Of a DNA stretch of 64,000 nt, positions 28,249-37,642 are shown piece by piece. Within the stretch, counting starts at the first letter, position 1; the number at the start of each line of letters is the position of its first letter. The stretch covers positions 1,664,879 through 1,728,878 of the forward strand of contig CAWDFP010000006.1 in the NCBI GenBank assembly GCA_963801605.1, given 5' to 3'. The notes under the pieces were generated by a model. It saw only the letters and a list, made by a program, of their open reading frames with translations. It was not told where the DNA came from and searched no databases. The position numbers and the translations under genes were made by a program. Origin of the DNA: an uncultured candidate division Zixibacteria bacterium (lineage in GTDB: Bacteria; Zixibacteria; MSB-5A5; UBA10806).

Positions 28249-29853
28249 ATGAAGAAACTAAGAATCTTGGCGGCGGTGATATTCCTGGCCGCAATGACAA
28301 CGGGGGCTAAGGCGGATAACGACCAGGAGGATTATAACTCCTATGGTAACGGCGATGCTCCCCATGTCGATGTTTGGACCAATAAGGGATATGACGCCAC
28401 CTACAATTTCGGCGAGGACGTGGCGGTTTATTTCCGGGCCGATCAACAATGCTATGTCACGGTTTATGACATCGACCCATCCGGCGAAGTGAACGTCCTC
28501 TATCCCAATACCATGTCGGGCAGCACTTATGTTGAAGCCGACAGGGTTTACCGAGTCCCTGATACCAATGAAGATTTCAGGATGGAGGTTTCCGGTTCAT
28601 CCGGCACAGAGCAAATTTATGCGGTCGCCAGCTACGACTACATGAATCCGCCGGATTTCATGAAATACATTGGATATGATTACGGCAACGATCAATACTA
28701 CGACCCCAACTATTTCGTTACGCGTGTCAGAGGCAATCTGGATGATTTCACCAACAACATCGATAATCGCATTGCATCGGGACCATATTCAGTGGCACAC
28801 ACCAGATTTCTGGTAGACACCAATTATCGTCATCATCAGCATTACAGATATTGGGATTATGGCGCTTATGATGTCGGCTCGGTTTGGGTCGGCGCTGAAT
28901 GGCCGGGTTGCGAGGTTTGGATCGATGGCGTATTTTTCGGTATCGCTCCAATATTAGTACCTCAAGTACTCGTTGGATATCATTGGGTCTGGGTTTATTA
29001 TGGCGGTTATCCCTGCTATCAGCGTTACTTTTATGTGCCGGCGCACCGCAGATTCGATATCGATGCCCGTTTCGACGAGCATTTCAGAGATTACCGTTAT
29101 CGTCGCGATCATTTCCGCGGCTGGGTATTCGAGGAGAAACGGTATCGCAATGAGCCCGGATTTGCCGAGCGCGCCAGACAGGATCAGGAAAAGAATATCA
29201 GAGTCAGGTCGCTTCCGCCGACAGTTATTCGCGACTACGTCGACCGCGGCGTGATTACCAAGGATTCTCCGCTTGCCAAGAGGGTCAGATCCAATGAGGG
29301 GAACCAGCAGGTAAGGGGCCGAGTAGGACAGCCCGATCAGCCGAGGTTTGATCAGCCTCGAAATGGTCAGACTGGAAATCAGCAGCCAGGACGAGTTAAT
29401 CCAGGCAACGGAGATAAGAATGTCAGAGGACGGGGCCAAACCGGCATCGAAAAGCCCAATCGTCCGAACGAGGAAAATCCGAGAGTAATAATCCCGGAAA
29501 ATCCGAGAACTCCGGAAAAAGTGGCTCCAAATAATTCTGGACGGCGTACCCGTGAGGCCAAATTAATTGAAAAGCATGATACTACCTATAGACCATCCCA
29601 GGAGAACTCCAAGCCGTCGCAGCCAGCCAATGGCCAGTCCGATAATAACTACAAATCGTCAGAGCGATCGAGACCGACCGAGCGCTTTACCCAACCGCAA
29701 GAAAAACGCGATAATCAGCCATCTGATTCCGGAAAAGGCAGCGGAAACGTTGAACGTCAAAGGCCGTCGAACAATAGCGGCGATAAAGGCAATACTGAAA
29801 AGGAAACTAAGTCATCCGGAAGAGGTAACGGCAAGTCCGGCAGGGGAAGGTGA
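28249..29853 (+). CDS. secreted DUF4384-like/PEGA-like protein with long basic disordered tail
   Basis: ATG at 28249 gives signal MKKLRILAAVIFLAAMTTGAKA. VAVYFRADQQCYVTVYDIDPSGEVNVLYPN (DUF4384-like), CEVWIDGVFFGIAP (PEGA-like), then about 230 aa rich in R/Q/N/P/G/K. Confidence 0.7.
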   Translation: MKKLRILAAVIFLAAMTTGAKADNDQEDYNSYGNGDAPHVDVWTNKGYDATYNFGEDVAVYFRADQQCYVTVYDIDPSGEVNVLYPNTMSGSTYVEADRVYRVPDTNEDFRMEVSGSSGTEQIYAVASYDYMNPPDFMKYIGYDYGNDQYYDPNYFVTRVRGNLDDFTNNIDNRIASGPYSVAHTRFLVDTNYRHHQHYRYWDYGAYDVGSVWVGAEWPGCEVWIDGVFFGIAPILVPQVLVGYHWVWVYYGGYPCYQRYFYVPAHRRFDIDARFDEHFRDYRYRRDHFRGWVFEEKRYRNEPGFAERARQDQEKNIRVRSLPPTVIRDYVDRGVITKDSPLAKRVRSNEGNQQVRGRVGQPDQPRFDQPRNGQTGNQQPGRVNPGNGDKNVRGRGQTGIEKPNRPNEENPRVIIPENPRTPEKVAPNNSGRRTREAKLIEKHDTTYRPSQENSKPSQPANGQSDNNYKSSERSRPTERFTQPQEKRDNQPSDSGKGSGNVERQRPSNNSGDKGNTEKETKSSGRGNGKSGRGR

Positions 29854-29858
29854 TCTCC

Positions 29859-30398
29859 ATGAAAAAGAGACTGCTAATCGCAATTATACTGCTATCTTTT
29901 GTTCTCATGGGGCCGGCCCTGGCGGTCAAGAGAGTCTCCAAAAGCGGTGACCAGGCCACAGAACAAAAACAGGGCGCAACTACTGACAACCAGGCGCCCG
30001 ATAAAACTACTCCTCCTCCGGAGCGTCGTCAGGAAGGCAACAAGGACAATCAACAGCCGTCACAGCCCCAGCAGCCGCCGGGAAATGGGGGCAAAGATAG
30101 CTTTATTGATAGAGACGGCGATGGCATTAATGACAATCTGAAAAAGCCGCCTGAGACCGTTAAAAGAAAGCATGAAAGCCATCATGAAAAAGCCAGCGCG
30201 GCGGCGGCACGGTGCAGCCGGAAAAAGATCGAAGGTCGCGTTAAGGCGCGGCTAACAGGTGTATCTGCCTCCAAAGGCCCCGTCTATCATGTACGGGGCC
30301 TTAAACTTTTGGGGAATAGAGTTGACAAGACGGCTTCAAATGAGGATAATTATATTAACATAAGATACCGGGTCGTAGCGATATTTAAGGATATTTAG
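29859..30398 (+). CDS. secreted P/Q-rich protein (3' end uncertain)
   Basis: MKKRLLIAIILLSFVLMGPALA signal, P/Q-rich region, DRDGDGINDN calcium-binding-like motif. The listed frame reads through a terminator hairpin. The +1 frame stops at 30253-30255 just before it, so an indel (perhaps the A5 run at 30187-30191) is suspected. Confidence 0.5.
   Translation: MKKRLLIAIILLSFVLMGPALAVKRVSKSGDQATEQKQGATTDNQAPDKTTPPPERRQEGNKDNQQPSQPQQPPGNGGKDSFIDRDGDGINDNLKKPPETVKRKHESHHEKASAAAARCSRKKIEGRVKARLTGVSASKGPVYHVRGLKLLGNRVDKTASNEDNYINIRYRVVAIFKDI
30274..30310 (+). terminator. rho-independent terminator
   Basis: GGCCCCGT-CTATCATGT-ACGGGGCC followed by TTAAACTTTT. Confidence 0.6.
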
Positions 30399-30601
30399 CG
30401 TATCGGGAAATTGCGGGGCTTGATATACTCAAATCATACGTTCTGACCGGTTGTGTGGAACAGCTAACGTATTTATATCGTTAGATTAATTAGAACAATT
30501 AAATAGGCAGTTTTACTGAAGAGTTATTTCAAATTCGGGTGTTTTCGAAAAAGCTCAGTTGATAAAAAGCAACCACTAACAGATATGAAAGATGCGATAA
30601 T

Positions 30602-32281
30602 ATGCGAATGGCAAAATATATAGTAATAGTTTTATTTGGACTGTTATTGGCGTGCGGCGGAGTGGCCAAACGAAATATACAACCGGCAACTCCCAAAACA
30701 GCCGACAGTTTTGCATCCTACAACGCTTACGAACATTTCATTCAGGGCGATCTTTACGAACAGGCCGGCGATCTGGACAATGCCGTTATTGAGTACCGCA
30801 AAGCGTTGATACTCGATCCGGGTTCGGTTACAATTCGGCGAACGCTCTCCGAAATTTATTTCGATCAGAAAAAATATGACGATGCCGCTATTCTGCGTTC
30901 CGAGATAACTGAAAAGAATGTCGATGATTATAATTTTATAGGCGATTGCCTGCGCTATAACAAAGATCTCGAGAGTTCAGCCAAATTTTATATGCGTTCC
31001 CTCGATCTGGATTCAACCCAGTATATGACTCGGTCGTATGTAGCCAGAATAATGCAATATCTGGGAAAAGAAAAAGAAGCCGAGAAGGAATATAAAATTC
31101 TGGTTAACTACGCCCCCAGCAAAATCGAGGGTCTTCTTGATTTGGCGGGGTTTTATATCAAGGTCAACAAATTGGATAAAGCTCTGGGGACCTACTCCGA
31201 AGCTGCCGCTCTTGACTCGACCGATATAAGAGCGGTCGTTGGCATAGCCTCGGTATATATAGCCAAGGCCGATACAGCAAAATCGGACAGCATTTATTTT
31301 TCCATTGCTCAGAAAAATTGGGATGATACCGCCATGCTCGGCTCTCTCACCTCTTTGTTTTTCAGTCTGCATAATTATGAATATGCTGAAAAACTCGCTG
31401 CCCGGGTAGCTGAACTACTGCCAGACGATCTCGATTCCCAAAGGCGATATGCGATGATCGTTTTCGGCAACGGAAAATTCGCCCAGGCGGAAACTCTTAT
31501 GACCGCTCTGGAGCAAAAGGGCGGAGCCAACGCAGCAATCTATTATTACCTGGCCCGTATTAAACAGGAAAGCAAAGATTATCCGACTGCGGAAAACTAT
31601 TTCCGGAAATCACTTTCGCTGGCGGATACCGTTACCGATACCTGGATTAACCTGGCCCTGGTAGTTAATCAGCAAAAGCGCTACCCGGAATCACTTGAGA
31701 TAATGGGGGAGGCCATGCGGGCCGTGCCCCAGGATTCCGATGGAATTATTTTCTATACTGCTATTATTCATTCCCAAAACGAACACTACGATTTGGCCAA
31801 AGAAGGCTATCTGAGGCTGCTAAAATCAAAACCTGATGATATCGGCTTAAGATTCAGCCTGGCGTCGATGGATGAGCGATTGGGCAATATTGACGAGGCC
31901 GAACGGGGATTTAGATGGGTAATCCAAAAGGAGCCTAAAAATGCCATGGCTCTTAATTATTTGGGCTATATGTATGCCGATCAGGGTGTCAAACTCAAAG
32001 AAGCCAAGGGACTGCTCGAGAGGGCGTTGGCAATCGATCCCGAAAACGGCGCATACCTTGACAGCTATGCCTGGGTATTGTATAAATTGGGAAAATATGA
32101 TGAAGCGTTAGTCGAGATGAAAAAAGCCGTTAAAACCGAACTGGAAGATCCGGTAATTTACGATCACCAGGGTGATATCTATTCCGCCCTGAAACAGGAT
32201 GATTTGGCCCGGGAAAGCTGGGAAAAAGCGTTGCAACTTAGTCCAGATGATCAAGCTATTCGCGCCAAACTAAACAAGTGA
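30602..32281 (+). CDS. TPR-repeat lipoprotein
   Basis: MAKYIVIVLFGLLLACGG lipobox, then TPR-like repeats throughout (e.g. AVIEYRKALILDPGS, LERALAIDPENGAYLDSYAWVLYKLGKYDEAL). Confidence 0.85.
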   Translation: MRMAKYIVIVLFGLLLACGGVAKRNIQPATPKTADSFASYNAYEHFIQGDLYEQAGDLDNAVIEYRKALILDPGSVTIRRTLSEIYFDQKKYDDAAILRSEITEKNVDDYNFIGDCLRYNKDLESSAKFYMRSLDLDSTQYMTRSYVARIMQYLGKEKEAEKEYKILVNYAPSKIEGLLDLAGFYIKVNKLDKALGTYSEAAALDSTDIRAVVGIASVYIAKADTAKSDSIYFSIAQKNWDDTAMLGSLTSLFFSLHNYEYAEKLAARVAELLPDDLDSQRRYAMIVFGNGKFAQAETLMTALEQKGGANAAIYYYLARIKQESKDYPTAENYFRKSLSLADTVTDTWINLALVVNQQKRYPESLEIMGEAMRAVPQDSDGIIFYTAIIHSQNEHYDLAKEGYLRLLKSKPDDIGLRFSLASMDERLGNIDEAERGFRWVIQKEPKNAMALNYLGYMYADQGVKLKEAKGLLERALAIDPENGAYLDSYAWVLYKLGKYDEALVEMKKAVKTELEDPVIYDHQGDIYSALKQDDLARESWEKALQLSPDDQAIRAKLNK

Positions 32282-33957
32282 AACTATCCAATCTATTTTT
32301 CGGGCTGTTTGCCTCAAGTCTAATACTTACCTCTTGCGCCGTTAGGGAAGCCCCTCAGGGTGGCCCCGAGGATAAGACGCCTCCGAGCATCATGGATATT
32401 GAACCTGCCGATGGCAGCACCATGTTGCCGCTCGATGCATCATTTAAGGTTACTTTTTCCAAAGGAATGCAACAGGAAAATACGCAAAGCGCTATTTTTC
32501 TCTCTCCGGTATTCTGGGGTTATCCCGGATTTAAGTGGTCCGGCCGGACACTGAGTGTTATCCCTCCGGAAAATCTAAAAGCAAATACGACATATATTCT
32601 GACCATTGGAGCCGGAGCGATTGATATTCATGGGAATAAAATTGGCCAATCCCGAAGCTATGCATTTTCAACCGGGCCGGCGATCGATAGCGGCTCAATC
32701 TCCGGAGCAATTTTTTCTACGGATGGCCAGCGTATCGTTTACGATATTTGGGCCTACAGCCTGGGTGATACAGCGGTATCGAATTTTTGGAAGAGGATTC
32801 CCGATTATGCAACTCAGGTTGATTCCACGGGAGGATTTAAGATCGAGCATCTGGGAAACAATCGCTATCTAATTCTCGCTATCAACGATAAAAACGATGA
32901 TCTTTTCTGGGACCCATCATCCGAGGAGCTTGGCCTACCACCGGGAATCCTGAAATTGACAGGGGCAGAAATACCTAAGGGGATTATCTTCAGACCTGCT
33001 CGACGGGACACCTCAACATCCTATATTACCAGAGCAGTTCCTCTTAGTAATCAGCGATTGGCGGTAGAGTTTTCTCAGCAACCCGTTAAGGAATTGATGT
33101 TGAATTCCAAATCTTATCTTATCAGATATAGCGATTCCCTGCTAAATTTCGGGACTCCCTATGTTGGTGAAGGCGGAGCTCTGATTCTCGAAACAGACAA
33201 GCAAATTCCCGGACAGAGCTACCAGCTCATTCCAGTTGCCCTGATTAATACCTGGGGCATGCCGTTCGATACCACTGGCATAAGATTTACAGGAATCGCA
33301 CAGGCAGATACGTCGGCTCCCAGGCTATCATTAATATTTCCACCTGACGGCTCAACCGGAGTGTATGAGGATAGTGTTGTAGAATTGACCTTTACTAAAA
33401 GAATCCAGGTATTGACATTTCCGACGGCTGTTTCGGCCGTGGCTGATTCAACTGATACGCTCCGATTCGTTTCGACTTGGGTCACACCGAATCAAGTCCG
33501 ATTGCGCTTTCCAACGCGAATTCCCCGGGAACGAAAGATTCATCTTGTTTTATCGCCCAAGAAAATTATCGATATTTTTCAAAATCCGATGGCTGATAGC
33601 GCCCTGGCTTATAGCTTCAGGCTTCCGCCTGCCGATACCGCCGGCAGCGTTGTTGCATCCCTCGAAACCGGGCAAATCGGGAATATAAACGGTCTTTTAT
33701 CCCAATATGGGCGTGAAGAGGAGCCCTATCAGGGGCGTTTTGATCCCTCCGGACAGCTAAACCTCGATTTTATAATGCCGGGTATTTACAGATTTGAATT
33801 TTTCGATGATAGCGACAGCAACGGACAATGGTCGCCCGGTGATATTTCACCATTCAGGCCGGCCGAAAGATTTTCATTCCTGGCCGATACAATCAAAGTC
33901 CGCTCCCGTTGGAGTACGGATATTGGAGCAGTGTCGCTTCCCGAAATCAACCGCTAA
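32278..33957 (+). CDS. Ig-like (SbsA/Big_5-type) domain lipoprotein
   Basis: GTG start overlapping the upstream stop. LILTSCAV lipobox. DKTPPSIMDIEPADGSTMLPLDASFKVTFSKGM and a second DTSAPRLSLIFPPDGSTGVYEDSVVELTFTKRI module. Confidence 0.75.
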   Translation: MKLSNLFFGLFASSLILTSCAVREAPQGGPEDKTPPSIMDIEPADGSTMLPLDASFKVTFSKGMQQENTQSAIFLSPVFWGYPGFKWSGRTLSVIPPENLKANTTYILTIGAGAIDIHGNKIGQSRSYAFSTGPAIDSGSISGAIFSTDGQRIVYDIWAYSLGDTAVSNFWKRIPDYATQVDSTGGFKIEHLGNNRYLILAINDKNDDLFWDPSSEELGLPPGILKLTGAEIPKGIIFRPARRDTSTSYITRAVPLSNQRLAVEFSQQPVKELMLNSKSYLIRYSDSLLNFGTPYVGEGGALILETDKQIPGQSYQLIPVALINTWGMPFDTTGIRFTGIAQADTSAPRLSLIFPPDGSTGVYEDSVVELTFTKRIQVLTFPTAVSAVADSTDTLRFVSTWVTPNQVRLRFPTRIPRERKIHLVLSPKKIIDIFQNPMADSALAYSFRLPPADTAGSVVASLETGQIGNINGLLSQYGREEEPYQGRFDPSGQLNLDFIMPGIYRFEFFDDSDSNGQWSPGDISPFRPAERFSFLADTIKVRSRWSTDIGAVSLPEINR

Positions 33958-34009
33958 TAAATATTGACATATTTTGACAATTGCATATCTTCTGCCTGAG
34001 GCTACGAAA

Positions 34010-35590
34010 ATGGCAGCGAGAACCAAATTGGTAGCGGCCTCCCTATCTGCAATAGTACTCTTCTACGCTTTTGGGGCGCTTGCCGCAAATCCGGATGTTG
34101 TCTACCAGACGACCTTCAGTCCCAGAGTTCCGATTCTGGGAAGTGTTAAAATACGTCTGCAAAACGACAGCATCAGCCCTATCCTGATTTATGGGCAGGA
34201 TTTGAACGGCAAACGCTGGCCACTTGCATTTAGCACTTCTCGACGAGATATAATCATCAATGCCAATCCCGTTCCATTTGAAATGGCGGATCTATTTCTG
34301 GTTTATAGTACCAAGTTACACCAAAATAGGATCGATAGGGCTGCGGTATTTGTCAACAATATTGAGGCCCCAGGAGAGTGGGACAATCCGGAACCCTTGA
34401 TTAACGGCGTTCTCACCGATGTTGTCGATTCACTTTCATTCGGGTTGGTCGGAGTCGCTGATACTCATTCCGTATCTTTTACCGTTAATAATAACCCCAT
34501 TAGTGATTCCGGAGCCGTCTGGATCATTTTCCCGTCAGGATTCGATATTTCAAACGTCGATGGCGTTCTTTATTCCGATAATGACACCACAAATGACGGG
34601 GAAGAATATTACCCGATAATTGAATCTGTCTCAGCCAACGAACATTCGCTTTTATTTCAATTTGCCCCATCGCGTCAGCAAGCATCTCCACTATCCCGAA
34701 TTAACTTAAAATTCTGGCCCGTTATTAACGATACGGTAGCTCAAAGCTACACAGTCATAGTGATGACCACTAATCGAGCCGGAGAAATCGATAATGATCC
34801 GGCGGAGTCGCAATCATTTAACCTTGTCCCTGAATCGCTTGATCGTATTAGCATCAATCCCGATACTGCCATGACACTTCGGGCGGGAGCCATAATCAAT
34901 TTCACGGCATCCGGTACTGATATATATAATAATCCGCTCCCAAACCTGCTTTTCGATTTTAATATCACAACGGATTCCTGCGGGAATATTGCCGCTGGGG
35001 CATTTCAAGCCTTGAAATTGGGAAGCACCTACGTCACTGTGTCGGCTTTGGGCCTTACGGATTCATCTGGTTTGATTACCGTTATACCCGGACCGTTGGA
35101 TCATTTTAATTTTACGGGATACCCGTCGCAGGACACCGCCGGCCGAACCTTCCGTCAAAATATTGTAGTTGAGGCCAGTGATGCCGAAAACAATCGCAAA
35201 TATGACTACTACGGTTTGCTGTGGTTTAATACTGGAGACAATATCGACGATCTCCCGTTCAGAATCGCCAACCCCGATTCCTTTACAGTCCTCGATTCAG
35301 GTAGAGTAGAATATCCCGGAGCAGGTTTCTCACTTAAAAGAGCTGGTATCAGGTATATCCACGCCACCAATGGCAGCATCGAGGCGGTTTCGCCTCCGAT
35401 AAGAGTCTTTCCCGCGGCCATAAACAGCTTCAGAATATCGACCGGAACTTCCCATACGGCAGGTGAGAGTTTCCCTGTTTTGGTTGATAGCGCTCTTGAT
35501 GCTTATGGGAATTTGACATCGGGAGAAGTTGTGGTTTCCGATTCGACCGGCGGCGGAAGTTCACCCGGACAGCATTCCTCCGACCTTTAA
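34010..35590 (+). CDS. giant surface protein, segment 1 of 4 (signal peptide, Big_2-like and Big_1-like Ig repeats)
   Basis: ATG at 34010 gives MAARTKLVAASLSAIVLFYAFGALAANP. Ig-like modules follow (ISINPDTAMTLRAGAIINFTASGTDIYNNPL...). Ends ...VVVSDSTGGGSSP, then a frame break at CCCGG 35564-35568. Confidence 0.75.
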   Translation: MAARTKLVAASLSAIVLFYAFGALAANPDVVYQTTFSPRVPILGSVKIRLQNDSISPILIYGQDLNGKRWPLAFSTSRRDIIINANPVPFEMADLFLVYSTKLHQNRIDRAAVFVNNIEAPGEWDNPEPLINGVLTDVVDSLSFGLVGVADTHSVSFTVNNNPISDSGAVWIIFPSGFDISNVDGVLYSDNDTTNDGEEYYPIIESVSANEHSLLFQFAPSRQQASPLSRINLKFWPVINDTVAQSYTVIVMTTNRAGEIDNDPAESQSFNLVPESLDRISINPDTAMTLRAGAIINFTASGTDIYNNPLPNLLFDFNITTDSCGNIAAGAFQALKLGSTYVTVSALGLTDSSGLITVIPGPLDHFNFTGYPSQDTAGRTFRQNIVVEASDAENNRKYDYYGLLWFNTGDNIDDLPFRIANPDSFTVLDSGRVEYPGAGFSLKRAGIRYIHATNGSIEAVSPPIRVFPAAINSFRISTGTSHTAGESFPVLVDSALDAYGNLTSGEVVVSDSTGGGSSPGQHSSDL

Positions 35591-36902
35591 TAGCATTATC
35601 GTTTCCTCATCGGGAAATGGCAGCGCCCTGCAAACCCTTACCAATGCCGTTCCAACTTCCCTTAAGGGGGTGTCGGTTGGAGCTGGTATTCGAGCGGCTA
35701 CTGCAGAATTTCAAGTGGTGCCCGGTGCTGTGGGGCGATTCGAACTGGCCGGATATCCTGACTTGGTTGTTGCCGGCGATCCCTTTCCTCCAACCAGAGT
35801 CAATATTTTTGATATTTTGGGAAATATTAAGACCAATTTTGATGGTTGGATTTATTTTGAATGCGACGATCCACAGGCAATACTCCCTTGTGTTATATCA
35901 TCGCCCTGTCATCTACAGGGTGGAGTCTACAATGTCCCCGCAGGCGCCATATCGCTTCGAACCGCAGGCGTACAATCTATTGTGGCCACGGATGGAAGTC
36001 ATTCCACTCCGTCAAATGCTATTCATGTCGCTCCTTCAACTATCAGCCAATTTACTCTTACAGCCACAACATCTATAGCGGCAGGGACTCCCTTCGGCGC
36101 ATCCGTAAGCGAAGCCCGAGACATTTGGGGAAATTTATCAAATGGTACGATAGCCATTTCTGCGGCTTCGGGCGGCGGACCGTCGCCAAATGGCACTTTA
36201 CCGAATTTTGCTCCTGTTACCGTCGTATCCGGATTAGGAATTGCCTATCAAACCTTATACAATGTTAATATCACGGTTCTCAGGGGAACACTCGATAGCA
36301 TATCCGCGCTAACCGATCCGATTTCAGTCGGCCCGGGCGCCTTAGGCGGTTTTGATTTGACGGTTTCATCGCCTCAAGTGACCGAAATACCTTTTAGAAA
36401 TGCGGCCGGGCTAACCGCGCGCGATCGTTATGGCAATTTGAAAACCAATTTTGATGCCTCTCTTGATTCCGTGGTAATATCATCCACGGGGGGAGGCCTG
36501 ATGAGCAATAATATTTTGCGATCTCCGGGCGATTTTATAGGCGGTATCGCTAATCTGGTAAATACGGGCACTACCTATCATGGTCCCGGCGGTTTAATGT
36601 CGTTCCGGGCAACATCCCGTTCAGGTAATTCCGGCTTATCCAACCAGGTTGATATGAACGCCATCCAGTGTTCAAATTTCATTATCGATCAACTTTCGGT
36701 AGCTCAGGGCGATACCGTAACCGGTACTATCTCGGTAGATAATGTAGCCGGTAGAAATGTCAGCATCACAAATCTATATGTGTTCGATGGCACTGGATGG
36801 TCACCGCAGCTCGAACCTGATTCTCTGTTACCCGCATTATTGGCCCGGACGAAACTAAAATATTTGGATTCCGACTTCCAATTCCGGATATCCTGCCGAT
36901 AG
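35529..36902 (+). CDS. giant surface protein, segment 2 of 4 (Big_1-like repeats)
   Basis: Continues the repeat (...DSIPPTFNSIIVSSSGNGSA parallels the later ...SGGGPSPNGTLPNFAPVTVVSGLGIA). Modules of the form PGxxxxFxL...AGxPF...DxxGN. Confidence 0.75.
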   Translation: MWFPIRPAAEVHPDSIPPTFNSIIVSSSGNGSALQTLTNAVPTSLKGVSVGAGIRAATAEFQVVPGAVGRFELAGYPDLVVAGDPFPPTRVNIFDILGNIKTNFDGWIYFECDDPQAILPCVISSPCHLQGGVYNVPAGAISLRTAGVQSIVATDGSHSTPSNAIHVAPSTISQFTLTATTSIAAGTPFGASVSEARDIWGNLSNGTIAISAASGGGPSPNGTLPNFAPVTVVSGLGIAYQTLYNVNITVLRGTLDSISALTDPISVGPGALGGFDLTVSSPQVTEIPFRNAAGLTARDRYGNLKTNFDASLDSVVISSTGGGLMSNNILRSPGDFIGGIANLVNTGTTYHGPGGLMSFRATSRSGNSGLSNQVDMNAIQCSNFIIDQLSVAQGDTVTGTISVDNVAGRNVSITNLYVFDGTGWSPQLEPDSLLPALLARTKLKYLDSDFQFRISCR

Positions 36903-36949
36903 GAACGCACTATCTGATTGCAGCCGCGCACGGCGCTTATGACCAGGAC

Positions 36950-37642
36950 GTGGTTTCCGATACTCTGTCTGCTTTCCCGGATTCGGTTCAGGTAAGAGCC
37001 CGATCGATCATCTCATATGTTTCCGGTTCTCTGCATCCTGATACGCTCTCTTCCGGTTCCACTTATTCTTTGAATCTGCAACTTATAAATGTTGGAGCCG
37101 CGTCGCTGGCCCTTTATGATTCCTCATATATTTATTTTTCCGACGGTTCGAATAATTATAAAGCCGATATATCGGCCCCGGCTTATTTGACTCCAAATAA
37201 TCCAGTTCTCATAACATTTGATGCGGCGCTCGTCCCGCCAGGATTTACTCCCGGAACTTACACTCCTGTTTTCCAATATTTTGCCAATGAAAATGATCAT
37301 TTCCGTTCGGGACAGGTTATTTTATCTGATCAGATACTAATTCAAAGCGCTCCTGAGATTTCATTTCACGGCCAGCTCAATATCCACAGCCTGGTCGCAG
37401 GACAAATTGTTTCGTTTGCTTTGGATGTTCTTAACAGCGGCCAGGCGGATTTCATCATTAACCATCAAGCCACCAGAATATCCCTCAGCGATTCCCAGCG
37501 TGAGTTTGTCGCTTATTCCGACACAACCAATGGAGTAAGAACGGATACGCTTCATAATGGGGTAACGACATTCCATTTCGCGCCAACGGAATTTCCATCT
37601 AATTTCACATACCGGTATGTATCTTCCTTTAGTTACCTTTGA
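36950..37642 (+). CDS. giant surface protein, segment 3 of 4 (CARDB-like repeats)
   Basis: This frame is already open from 36821 (...GPDETKIFGFRLPIPDILPIGTHYLIAAAHGAYDQDVVSDTL...), overlapping the end of segment 2. CARDB-like pattern YSLNLQLINVGAASLAL. Confidence 0.7.
   Translation: MVSDTLSAFPDSVQVRARSIISYVSGSLHPDTLSSGSTYSLNLQLINVGAASLALYDSSYIYFSDGSNNYKADISAPAYLTPNNPVLITFDAALVPPGFTPGTYTPVFQYFANENDHFRSGQVILSDQILIQSAPEISFHGQLNIHSLVAGQIVSFALDVLNSGQADFIINHQATRISLSDSQREFVAYSDTTNGVRTDTLHNGVTTFHFAPTEFPSNFTYRYVSSFSYL

Noticed and set aside
28954-29439. 161-aa minus-strand ORF and other alternative-frame ORFs within 28.7-30.0 kb
   Set aside because: They overlap the DUF4384/PEGA gene and its low-complexity tail. 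Repetitive composition keeps several frames open by chance.
30602-33957. Adjacent TPR and Ig-like lipoprotein genes both encode exactly 559 aa
   Set aside because: The two show no sequence similarity. The equal length appears coincidental.
35617-36268. Alternative plus-frame ORFs (153 and 135 aa) inside giant-protein segment 2
   Set aside because: They are out of frame with a clearly repetitive Ig-like coding frame and have no independent signals.
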